Positions 1 to 9,578 of a stretch of 20,000 nt of DNA are shown here, in pieces (within the stretch, counting starts at the first letter, position 1; every line of letters begins with the position of its first letter). The translations under genes were made by a program, and so were the position numbers. The notes under the pieces were generated by a model. That model worked only from the letters and a program-made list of their open reading frames with translations, did no database searches and was not told the DNA's origin. Origin of the DNA: an uncultured virus (IMG/VR IMGVR_UViG_3300037397_000012) (lineage: Duplodnaviria > Heunggongvirae > Uroviricota > Caudoviricetes); the IMG/VR virus record IMGVR_UViG_3300037397_000012; one strand, written 5' to 3'.

Positions 1-314
1 AAACTACATATAAATGTTTTTCTTTTTATCTTTTGTATTCATTCTTTCTGAATCCATTTAATTATAGTTCTGTAATGATCTTTATATTTAACTCATCTTC
101 TATACATGTAAGAATCTAAATCCTGTATTTTCTGAATTACTATTTTTTTTCAATAAGCATGATATAGCTTATGCTTTTCTTCATCAGATAATAATACAAG
201 ATTATTTATTCAAAGCTTTTTAGTATTATCTTCATTTAAGAATTCTTTAATCTTTTTTATTTTATCACTATCTGAAATTCTTTTTCTTAATATTGATTTA
301 ATTATATCTTTCAT
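1..314 (-). CDS. Phage replication initiator/replisome-organiser-like protein (runs off the window at its 3' end)
   Basis: TGA=Gly translation MKDIIKSILRK...NLVLLSDEEKHKLYHAYGKKIVIQKIQDLDSYMYRRGVKYKDHYRTIIKWIQKEG; resembles the L(S/T)DEE...GKKYKxHYxTIxxW C-terminal motif of phage replication initiators; lies downstream of the SSB-like gene. Confidence 0.6.
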
Positions 315-317
315 ATA

Positions 318-422
318 TTAAATTGTAATTCATATAAGCTTTAATTCCTCCCTAGCTTTCTTATATCATTTTTCCTTTATTAGTCTATATACTCATTCTT
401 TATTTTTTACATTTATTCACAT
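318..422 (-). CDS. Small hypothetical protein (34 aa)
   Basis: ATG..TAA open with TGA=Gly (MGINVKNKEGVYRLIKEKGYKKAREELKLIGITI), tightly packed against the next gene. Confidence 0.45.
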
Positions 423-440
423 CTATTTAATTAGTTTAAA

Positions 441-479
441 AAATAAAAATGGGGTAATATAAAATAAATATCCCCCATA
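441..479 (-). terminator. Intrinsic terminator-like hairpin after the SSB-like gene
   Basis: Minus strand ATGGGGGATAT...ATATTACCCCAT followed by TTTTTATTTTT. Confidence 0.55.
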
Positions 480-519
480 TCTTCTTTGTACTAAATTTAT
501 AAACCTTTTTAGTATACTA

Positions 520-1413
520 TTAAAAAGGAATATCTTCTATACCTATATCATCACCAACTTCTTGCATAACCTCTTCTGCTGTTTTCTGTACTGGTGATTG
601 CTGAACTTGCTTAGTTTGTTGTGTATTCTGTGCCACAGGCTGCACAATCTCTACTTCTTTTACTTCTTCCTCTGGTTTTGCATACTCTTGTTGTTTTCAA
701 ACCTCTCAATATTTATTTTTATAAAACTCTCTATTTCATGGTAGGAATGCTAGTATTTCATCATTCTTCTTTCTTACTTCATCTTTTTGTTCTTCTGTAG
801 CCTGTACTCAAGTTCAGGTAATATTAAACATATATCTTGCTGAGTATTTTTGGGCTTCTATTCATTTAAGCTTATTTAATTCTTCTTCTGAAATTCTTTC
901 TTTTGTTTCTGTATTTTCAAATTCCATTACTCACTTAATTGAACATACCTCATTTGGATCTGCTTCTTTTAAGAAATCCATTGCTGTTCAAAAATTCTTT
1001 CATGAAAGAAATATTTCTTTTAGCATTCAATCATTTAGATCTAATATTGTTATCGCTAAATGTAGTGATGCTTTTCACTTAATATTTTCTTTGATATCTG
1101 TTGTCCGATATCATTTTAATACTAAGTCACTAACCGATCATGAACTAAGAAATGTATGCTTAACAACATATAGTGGTTCATTCCAATCTTTTATCTCATT
1201 TGATGTATAACTTGCTGTAAATTTATTAGCAGTTTTATCAAATACATTTCACTTTAATGTATATCAAATATCTACAATTAAGAAATTATCTAAATCATGT
1301 ATTATGTTATCTTGTTTTTCTTTAACCCGTTCTACAAAATCTGTTTTATAAGTTTTAAGAAAAACCTGTACTGGGTTACCACCACTTTTTTTAACTCTAT
1401 CTTTCCAATTCAT
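520..1413 (-). CDS. Putative phage single-stranded DNA-binding protein (297 aa)
   Basis: Open with TGA=Gly; Q/E/P-rich linker and acidic C-terminal tail ...VGDDIGIEDIPF* typical of SSB tails; replication-module context. Confidence 0.7.
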
Positions 1414-1523
1414 ATTATAAAAATATTAAAAATATAAAATAAAAATAATTTTGGAAAAATTAATTATTTATAATAAAAAATTATTTATTTAAAATTTCCA
1501 AAAAAATTACTAGTAAATTCATA

Positions 1524-1642
1524 AGAATATTACAAAAAAATTAAAAATCAATATATCATAATTTTCGTTAGAAAATTAAATACATCACAGTTTTCGTTAG
1601 AAAACTTTCTATACATTATATAGATAATATATTTTATATCAA
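1524..1642 (-). promoter_or_regulatory. Tandem sigma70-like promoters plus two operator-like palindromes upstream of the SSB-like gene
   Basis: TTGATA(1642-1637)-16-TATAAT(1620-1615); TTGATT(1551-1546)-16-TATTCT(1529-1524); direct repeat of near-palindromic TTTTCGTTAGAAAA at 1562-1575 and 1591-1604. Confidence 0.6.
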
Positions 1643-1689
1643 TCTAATATGTGTAGATATGTGACTGTTATGTAGTCGGTCACATATTA

Positions 1690-1935
1690 TTATTTAAATT
1701 TTTCATAACACTCACTTAATGTTTTGTATTCTGTTTTTATGAAATCATACTTAGGTTTTATATTTTTAATTAAATATTTTCATTTACTTTCTGATTCTAT
1801 CATTAATTTCTTATCTTCTTCTGAAATATTTTTGTATACATACACAAATGCTCATCTAGTAAAATGTGTAATTAAATCATTACCTCTAAATATTGCATTA
1901 AACATTGAAGATTTTAATATATCTTTTTCATTCAT
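1690..1935 (-). CDS. KTSC domain protein (81 aa)
   Basis: MNEKDILKSSMFNAIFRGNDLITHFTRGAFVYVYKNISEEDKKLMIESESKGKYLIKNIKPKY matches the KTSC pattern SS...L...F..G..Y.Y..V......L..A.S.G.Y....IK..Y. Confidence 0.7.
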
Positions 1936-1938
1936 AAT

Positions 1939-2439
1939 TTATATATGTTTATTAATAATATTTATTGCTTCTTTATATCAGTAGCAAACATAAGCTGATG
2001 CTCATTTATTTAAAAATTCTATCCATTCTATTTGTTCGTCACTAACAGAAGTTCAGTTAGCTCCTCATCTTTTTCATTTAGCTTTTTTAAGCTCAATATA
2101 GATTGGAGAGTTATTTCATTCTTTATCTTTTAAAAAGATAATATAATCTGGGAATCATTTACTTACTCAAGATGCTTTTTTCTTAGCCATCATTATTACT
2201 ATATTCTTTGTTCCAGCTTGTCACGACTCATTTGGTATATGAGTGTGTCTTATTCACTTATCACTTAACCGTTTATGTAATATTTTTCAATGTTCATATT
2301 CAGTTAATTTTGTGTATTCTTTTTCTGGTTTTATTTTTTTCTGTTTTTCCTCTTCTGGTTTTAGTCATGCTATATTATAAATTCTATCAGCTTCATCTTT
2401 ACCTAACATTGATAATAAATCTTCATAATTGTAGTTCAT
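1939..2439 (-). CDS. VRR-NUC domain nuclease (putative Holliday junction resolvase, 166 aa)
   Basis: TEYEHGKILHK[CGG]LSDKGIRHTHIPNE...GVSKGFPDYII...IYIELKK...SDEQIEWIEFL...AYVCYGYKEA; PD-(D/E)xK VRR-NUC motifs, with conserved Gly encoded by TGA. Confidence 0.85.
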
Positions 2440-2461
2440 AATTAAGTTAAATTATTATATC

Positions 2462-2731
2462 TTATTATCTTGCTCAAGATTTCTTTTTAAGATAAACGAA
2501 TAAACATATATCAATAACTACAATAATAATAAAATCTGATATTCAATTAAATATAAATATATTTAATATAGGTATAATTACTGATACAGTTTTTTCTAAT
2601 TTATTATTTCATTTAAATATCTTTTTATATCAAAATATTATTATATTACATATAACATATTTATAAAATAATTTAATTCTATTTCTTATTACATTTACAG
2701 AAATATTATCTATAAATTTTTCTGATTTCAT
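2462..2731 (-). CDS. Small hypothetical membrane protein (89 aa)
   Basis: ATG..TAA open with TGA=Gly; hydrophobic C-terminal half. Confidence 0.5.
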
Positions 2732-2737
2732 GGTATA

Positions 2738-3739
2738 CTAGTTAATAAATAATATATATAATATAAAAGTTAAATACATAATCAATAAATTGAATCAATA
2801 AATCTTTTTTATTACTCATTTACTGTTTATTGAATATGTTGTTACAACATATACGATAACCGAAAATATTAAAAATGCAAATATAGGGATTATAGAATTA
2901 AATTCAATAACTGGATTTAATCACATAAAACTAGTTCATATAAGTATAGGTACTCATAATCAAATGCAAACATCAAAAATATTTGATCAAACTGCATTTG
3001 ATAGACTAGCATCTATATTTCATTTCCTAGAAGATTTTACTGATAATAATGTATCTGGTATAGATGTTATTGCTGCTAATAATACTAGCGATATTACTAT
3101 TGTAGATATTCAAAACATGCGTCATATAAATTCAGCACATCTTATTGATAATTCAACTCATATATAAGTTAAAAATAACATAAATATTATTTTTATAAAC
3201 TTAATATTTGGTAGCCATGTTATAGTATCATCTGTATCATCATCTTCTGATTTACTTTCCATATATAAATATATTATATAAAAGCAATATAAAGATATTA
3301 ACAATATAGACATTATAAATAAGTTACCAACATACAATCATGCAAGTAATATAATTATGCTTAACATGTAAAATATAACATCTCTGTTTACTCAGTTAAT
3401 TATTTTGAATCATTTCCTACTAACTCTCTTATATAAAAGAATAGAACAAAATGGTATTATTAATATATTAAAAATAGCTGATCATGATATTGTTCATATT
3501 CAAACTTCTAATCCTTTTTCTTTTAATAAAATCAAACTAATAATTGCCGTTAGAAATTCAGGCAATGAACTTGATATAGCATCTAGTGTTGCTCATCTAA
3601 CAGATCAAGTCATTTTAAACTTATTTCATATTATAGATAACTGATCTTCTAGTTCTCATGTAGCATAATTTATTAAAAGCATACATCATAATAATGTAAA
3701 AATAACTCAATAAATATTTCAAACTAATATATTTAACAT
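2738..3739 (-). CDS. Ca2+/cation antiporter (CaCA, Na+/Ca2+ exchanger family; 333 aa)
   Basis: Two alpha-repeat motifs: VRGATLDAISSSLPEFLTA...GIGTISGSAIFNIL and LAAITSIPDTLLSV...GNIDASLSNAVGSNIFDVCIGLGVP; many TM segments; open only with TGA=Gly. Confidence 0.9.
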
Positions 3740-3755
3740 TCTTAATTATATATTT

Positions 3756-3790
3756 AAAAAATAAAAGCCAAGCAATAACTTGGCTTATTA
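3756..3790 (-). terminator. Intrinsic terminator/attenuator between terD and the CaCA gene
   Basis: Minus strand AAGCCAAG-TTATTG-CTTGGCTT-TTATTTTTT. Confidence 0.65.
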
Positions 3791-3793
3791 TCA

Positions 3794-4321
3794 CTATAGA
3801 GATTTAACAACCTCTTCAATGTTACCTTTAAGATAATCTCACATAGCTTTAAAACTATATCAGTCATCTTTGTCAGTTACAACACCTACTACTATAGCAG
3901 TATTGTCACCACCATTTTCTGTCATCTTATATGATGCAAGAACCTCATCAGTCTCGTCATTGTAAACTTTACATTCAGCATTGTTTACATCTTTCAATGT
4001 TTGTCATTTTTTATCTGCTTCATATATATTTACACATATAAAGTATTCACCATCTGCAGTTAAAACGGCATCCATTTTAGCAAATTCATCATCGCCATCT
4101 CATTCACCAGTTAGATTATCATCAGATAATTGAACTCATTTTATTGCATTCTTCTTATTGAAGTAAGCAACCTTATTACTATCTTTATGAAATATAAATA
4201 GATCTAAATCCATAGTTTTCCCTTCAGAAACATCCCAAGATAATCATACTCTTATCTTAGATATATTAGTTCAGTCTTCTTTTTTTAGGTCTAGACTTTG
4301 ACCTTTAGTTAAATCCAACAT
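3794..4321 (-). CDS. terD: TerD family stress/Ca2+-binding protein (175 aa)
   Basis: MLDLTKGQSLDLKKEDG...IRVGLSWD...MDLDL...LSDDNLTGEGDGDDE...VNIYEA...GQTLKDVNNA...FKAMG; hallmark TerD motifs. Confidence 0.9.
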
Positions 4322-4351
4322 AATTATATATGTTAAAAAATAAAATATTGA

Positions 4352-4467
4352 GTAAATAAAAAAACTCAATGTGCGTGTTGAGTTTTTCCTTGTATCATAA
4401 TCAATACAAATCACGCACTCATCTGTATTGATGTTTATCATATTATTATTTTTTTTATTTAAGTCAA
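4352..4467 (-). promoter_or_regulatory. Promoter plus two-hairpin kissing-loop leader ending in a terminator, upstream of terD
   Basis: TTGACT(4467-4462)-16-TAATAT(4445-4440); hairpin 4400-4432 with loop GAGUGCGUG; terminator hairpin 4360-4387 with loop CACGCACA and U-tract. Confidence 0.65.
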
Positions 4468-4890
4468 ATTATTTTTTAAAAAATTATAAATCTTTTCGTA
4501 AACTTCTTCTGTTTGTTCGTCTAGGGATTTTTTATTATTTAATTTAATTCTTAATTCTTTAAACATATAATTGAAAATTAAATTACCTCATACAAGAGAT
4601 AAAAAAATTTTATTTTCTTCACAAAACCACTCTAGGTGGTGTCTATGTATAGGGTTTCAGATTATTTTTATTTCAAAATTACCTTCTTCAAGATTTAATA
4701 ATTCCATTCAAAAAATAAAATTATTATCATTCAATAAAATATATTCTTCTCAATTAGGTGTTTCTATTCAATAGTCATATTCATTAGTATCTAATATTTT
4801 TAATATTGTTCAAAACTTCAATTCTTCCAAATCATCCTTTATCTCTGGAATTGTTTTTAATAATTCTATTAGTTTATTTTTATAGTTCAT
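4459..4890 (-). CDS. Hypothetical protein (143 aa)
   Basis: ATG..TAA open with TGA=Gly (MNYKNKLIELLKTIPEIKDDLEELKFG...PLDEQTEEVYEKIYNFLK). Confidence 0.7.
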
Positions 4891-4941
4891 ATTTTTTAAT
4901 TAAATTATAAATATTATCTTTAAATTATATTATAAACTTTA

Positions 4942-5124
4942 TTATTTTAAACTTAAATAATTATCATAAAATTCTTCTACTAGATTTTGTATATCATGTA
5001 ATTTATCTAGCATTTCTTGATCTTCTATAAAGTCTTCTTTTACTTCCTTTTCTATTCAGTCAACAAATTCAAATATTAACATTCATTCATTTTTAGATGG
5101 ATACCATCCATATATATTATCCAT
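4942..5124 (-). CDS. Small acidic hypothetical protein (60 aa)
   Basis: ATG overlaps the HNH stop; open with TGA=Gly. Confidence 0.55.
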
Positions 5125-5506
5125 AAATTTTATTTAAATAATTAATACAATAACCTCTTTGGTTATCTCACCTAATTCAATTATGTATATTATGGTGACA
5201 CTGTCTACATAGTCACACTCATTTTTGTTTAGTATTTCTATCTTCTGTATACTCTGCTTGTCATCAAAAATAAACATGATGATAATCGGTTATTTGTCAC
5301 TGACATATGATACAAACCTTATCTCTATTAAATATCTTCTTTTTTGTCTCTATTGAAAATAACGCTGTTCTTCATTTATTTGATGTATCTTTTTGTATCT
5401 GTTTAGATTCTTTTTGCTTATTATAATAACACTTTATACATAAAGACATTAAAGGATTATTATGATTCTTTTTTCTTCAACACTTTTTGCATTTGTTTTT
5501 TTTCAT
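5117..5506 (-). CDS. HNH endonuclease with zinc-binding motifs (129 aa)
   Basis: CKKCG...LCIKC...KKIFNRDKVCIICQGQITDYHHVYFGG...RN...GVGLCRQCHHNIH. Confidence 0.85.
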
Positions 5507-5511
5507 AAAAA

Positions 5512-5760
5512 TTATTTAATTCTATTTAAATGTATATCATATCAATAATAACTAACTCATCAATAAGTTATATTACAATATATTTTTCTTTTTCTGTATT
5601 TCCTTCTTTGATGTTTTTTTGTTTTTATCTTTAAGATTCAAACACGACTCCATAATTCATAATTCATAATCATTAAGTTCATAAAATAAACCACTTGGAA
5701 TTTTAGATCTATTATAAGCTGTTCATGCTGATGATATTTATATATATAGAGTATGTTCAT
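5512..5760 (-). CDS. Small hypothetical protein, start uncertain
   Basis: One frame open from ATG 5760 to TAA 5512 with TGA=Gly; alternative internal ATGs and competing frames exist. Confidence 0.35.
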
Positions 5761-5798
5761 TTGTTTCCCATATTCTAATTTATTAAATAATTATAATA

Positions 5799-6083
5799 TT
5801 ATGACTCACTTATAATTTTAAAATTAATATTATCATTACAAGTATACTTATATTTTCATCATCATATTCAAAAGTGACTTCAGCAATTAGGGCAGTATTC
5901 ACTCCATCTATCTATATCTGCAGAACAATATTCACAATAATATCCTTGATATTCTCTATTTATTTTATGTTTACTACATAATAAATATTCCATTGTTCAT
6001 ATATGTAATATTTGTCACGGATCATCTCAAGCTTTTATTATAGAGTAATCCTTTCAACATACAACACATTTAAAATTATTCAT
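5799..6083 (-). CDS. Small Cys-rich zinc-ribbon protein (94 aa)
   Basis: CVVCG...LCSKH...YCEYC...YCPNCG with TGA=Gly. Confidence 0.7.
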
Positions 6084-6093
6084 TTTAAATTTT

Positions 6094-6579
6094 TTATCAA
6101 ATTAAACTATAAATTGAAACTATTTTATTATTAAATGAATCATATATCTTATTCTTAAATCTACCTCGTAGATGTACGATATACTTTATTCATTTTAATT
6201 CAAATATTATTTTTCAATATTTCTTTTTAAAACTAAAGTTATTTTTAATATACTCAATTGTATCTATATGTTTTATGATCTTATTTGTTATTCATTTTAA
6301 TTTTTCCAATATAGTCACAAACATATCTGTTACACTATAGGTATTACATCTATACTTATTATTATTACACTTAACCATTCATTTAAATTTTATGTATCAA
6401 TGAATTCTTAGGTGATTAATAAAATTAAGCATTTGTCTCTCTGATAATCAGAATCTAATTCACTCAAGTCTAGATATTCATATTATTCAATATGTTTGAA
6501 ATCTAACTTTTATTGTAAATAATATTCTATTAACTTGTTTTTCTGAAATATTTTTAAATAAGTTATTTAAATCTTCCAT
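6094..6579 (-). CDS. Putative winged-helix DNA-binding protein (161 aa)
   Basis: ...GIRFGLSERQMLNFINHLRIHGYIKFKG...CNTYSV resembles the wHTH of phage replication/regulatory proteins. Confidence 0.5.
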
Positions 6580-6584
6580 AATTT

Positions 6585-6725
6585 ATAAAACAAAAAAGAA
6601 TACAGTTGCCTGAATGTATTCTTTTATAAGTTAGTTTTTTTAAAAACTCTCAGGCAAATGAGTTTCTAAAAATGTATCTCCTCAAATTTATGAGTATATA
6701 ATAATAATTCTAAAAATAAAATCAA
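6585..6725 (-). promoter_or_regulatory. Promoter plus two-hairpin kissing-loop leader ending in a terminator, upstream of the wHTH gene
   Basis: TTGATT(6725-6720)-16-TATTAT(6703-6698); hairpin 6637-6672 with loop AUUUGCCUGA; terminator hairpin 6594-6625 with loop UUCAGGCAAC and U-tract. Confidence 0.65.
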
Positions 6726-6743
6726 ATCTTTTTTTTTATTTAT

Positions 6744-6971
6744 TTAAAATAATCTATTGATAGCTCAAGATAAAGCTAGTTCTCATATTATAAATTTTTT
6801 CCTATCTATTAAACTTTTCTCTGTTCAATATGTAACCATTCAACAACTATAACATATTTCAACTTCTCATTCATTATAAGCTATTTCTATTCAATCTTCT
6901 CTATAATATTTATTTCACGAAAATTTAAATCAGTTTATTTTCATTATATTTGCAAATCTCATATTTTCCAT
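6744..6971 (-). CDS. Hypothetical protein (75 aa)
   Basis: ATG..TAA open with TGA=Gly. Confidence 0.6.
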
Positions 6972-6976
6972 TTTCT

Positions 6977-7126
6977 TTATTTTAATAAATTAATAAAATT
7001 TTTTTCAACATCCATGATTTTAATCTGTTTCATTAATTTTATTTTTTCACTTTTACTCAAATTGAGATACTTAAAAAAAATATCTCTAGTTTCTCTTTTC
7101 ATTCAATCTAACTCTATTAAACTCAT
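6977..7126 (-). CDS. Small hypothetical protein (49 aa)
   Basis: ATG..TAA open, packed in operon. Confidence 0.45.
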
Positions 7127-7204
7127 TTTAATAATTATTATCTAATAAATTAAACCACCTTGTATATTCAATCCTTTCATAACTTATATTCATCAAATAT
7201 GTTT

Positions 7205-7750
7205 TTTATAAATATGGAGGACTAAGTTTAGCCCATAACCTAGGGGTCATAACACCCTAGGATAGAAAAAGAAACCTCGTAGGTTACACGAAATTATTTA
7301 TGTTGCAGTTAAATTACTATCCATGTTAGTACTATACATAAATAGCTAGAGACCTTTTATCTAGAACAAGGTTTTAACATCTCTATGTTATATATATCTA
7401 TGTATATATATATAATAAGAAGTGTTAAATTATAGCTCCACCAAATGAGCTACTCTTAGATATTTTATATAAAAAATAATCATTAACCTTTTATCCAATT
7501 GTTGATGTACCACATCATAGTTGGTTAAACCAATTGCTTTCAGCTAAACATTAAACAATGATCAATCGTTTAATATCCTTATCATTTTAAATAAAAGGCT
7601 ACTGATTATCTTTTATAAAACAAAAAAGCTAACCAATTGGTCAGCTTTTATTACCTAAGTTTGACACCTAGATGGGTCAACAGTACTAGGTGCTGACCAA
7701 ACCTAGGTAACTGTTTTGTTACTTTACAAGAAGTAAAGACAATAGAAAAT
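7205..7750 (-). ncRNA. Putative large structured non-coding RNA / long leader RNA of unknown class
   Basis: No convincing ORF; many nested inverted repeats (7239-7261, 7273-7285, 7373-7429, 7433-7452, 7476-7609 enclosing 7548-7576, 7624-7649, 7651-7710); most G-U pairs favour the minus strand; promoter directly upstream. Confidence 0.55.
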
Positions 7751-7758
7751 GCTTATAT

Positions 7759-7786
7759 ATATTAATATTTTTTTTTATAATTGCAA
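7759..7786 (-). promoter_or_regulatory. Sigma70-like promoter
   Basis: TTGCAA-16-TAATAT followed by ATATAAG, the same downstream sequence as the promoter at 9829-9856. Confidence 0.6.
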
Positions 7787-7793
7787 ATGTTTT

Positions 7794-8318
7794 TTATATT
7801 TTCATTAATTTATCATAACACATCTTAATTATTTTTGCATCAAATAATGCATTATGCTTTATTGTTTCTCACTTGTATCACACAAAGTCTTCTCTTGTTA
7901 TATCTGGATCTACTCACTTTACTTTCATCAATGTACATATATCAAATGGAATATAATATATATTACTAGGTAGATTAGGGTATCAATCCTTGTAATCCGC
8001 TAATAATGTATTAAACAAAACCCAGTCATAAGATAAACAATCACTCCATACTTCTATATTATCTCATTTATCTTTTATCCATTTAAGTAATTTACTTCTA
8101 ATAAATTCTTTTGTTCATGTGAATTCATTCTCATTATCGTGACTTATATCAATATTACTTATTACATTTTCTCTTATCCAGTTATTACATTTTGTCACAT
8201 CATAATCTGTAAACTTTCAATAGAAAGTATCTCAGTCTTCTGATATTAATCATATACTTATTAGCTCTGTATATTGTATTAATCATGTAAACTCACAATC
8301 AAAAAATATTTTATTCAT
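7794..8318 (-). CDS. DEDDh 3'-5' exo(ribo)nuclease, Rv2179c/DUF5051-like (174 aa)
   Basis: KIFFDCEFTGL...LISIGLISEDGDTFY...WIRENVI...WSDCLSYDWVLF...IPFDICTL...DPDITRE...KHNALFDA. Confidence 0.85.
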
Positions 8319-8334
8319 TATATATTATTAAAAA

Positions 8335-8604
8335 TTATTGTATCTTTTTTCTTATAGTATTTAAATCTATAGCCTGTCTTATTGTATCATCTTCTACAAA
8401 TACAGCCAATGTATTAGCTAAATTTCATAATAATAAATCTAATAGTTCTTTAATTTCTGGATTAATTCATGAAGTAACTATTACTTCTTTTTGAGATAAT
8501 ATTTCAGTTAAATCTCTGAGTCTTTCATTGTCACAATCCATTATTACACTTTTATCATATTTCTTATTCTGCTCTTTTTTATCTTTATTTCATAATCAAA
8601 ACAT
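8335..8604 (-). CDS. Hypothetical protein (89 aa)
   Basis: MFGLGNKDKKEQ... open with TGA=Gly. Confidence 0.6.
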
Positions 8605-8638
8605 TGTATCTTTATTAAAATCTAAATTAATTTTTTAT

Positions 8639-8866
8639 TTATCAAACAAAATAAAAACCAAAATGTATACATCATATTCTAAATAAATTTCTAAATCATT
8701 TATAAATAACTTTTCAATCTTTAATAAAAGAATCAAATATAATAATATGATTAAATTTTAAATTTAAATAACAATCTTTATGTATTCAAAATCTTTTATA
8801 TCAAATATTATTATTCAATAAAAATTTTTCTATTTTATCTATTTTATTATTTTTTCTTTTTTTCAT
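8639..8866 (-). CDS. Hypothetical protein (75 aa)
   Basis: ATG..TAA open with TGA=Gly; an out-of-frame upstream ATG lies at 8880. Confidence 0.45.
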
Positions 8867-8925
8867 CCTAATCAAAACATTTTTTATATATTATTTATTA
8901 AATCAATAAGTATTTATTATAAAAA

Positions 8926-9534
8926 TTATTGATTATAAAAATCATCTATTAGCTTATATATACTTTCAAGTAATCTATCTTCCATTCTATAATTATATTC
9001 CAAACGTTCTTTTTCCTCTTTTAATAATTCATATTCTTCTTTTAACTCCATGTATTTCATTTTATAATCAATCTGTTCATCTTCTCATTTATAATTCATA
9101 GCATACCATCATAAACACTTATTGTAACTTCTTCTATTTTCAATAACTCTATCATCTGCTCAATATCAATTACCATTACCTGTATTAGCTTCTAGTATTA
9201 TTATTCAATCATTATAAGACTCTAAGACTATAGCAACATGTCACATGGTTCAATATTCCCAAAAAATAAGATCTCATATATTAGGTTTCAATCATTTTTT
9301 ATAATTTGTTTTTTTAAAAAAATAATCTCAGTTTTTCTGTCAATGTAAAAAATTTTTTTGAAACGCATTTTTTGCATTTCCATAAAAGTATATTGATGGA
9401 ATTCAAAATTGATCTCTTAACCATAGTTTAGCTAAATCCACGCATTGTCCTCAAAAAGCTCAGTCTATATCTATAGATTGTCAATACTTTCAAAGCCGTT
9501 TTTCTTTGAATTCTTTAATGTTTAATTTGCTCAT
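8926..9534 (-). CDS. CHAP-domain endolysin/amidase with C-terminal coiled coil (202 aa)
   Basis: EFKEK[CGG]LGK...IDIDGAFGGQCVDLA...GNAK...PNIGDLIFW...GHVAIV...ILEANTG; catalytic Cys/His of CHAP present. Confidence 0.9.
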
Positions 9535-9578
9535 AATTTAGTTAATAATAAAATAAAAGCAGTCTCGTGTGATTTTCT

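Noticed and set aside
5570..5790. YopX-like pseudogene (IRIWE...LKDKN in an alternative frame)
   Set aside because: Resemblance is weak, the frame has an internal TAA and no start codon, and another frame is fully open.
7205..7612. Group I/II intron, tRNA cluster or hammerhead ribozyme
   Set aside because: No interrupted host gene, and no convincing P7, domain V, cloverleaf or CUGAUGA/GAAA core could be identified by eye.
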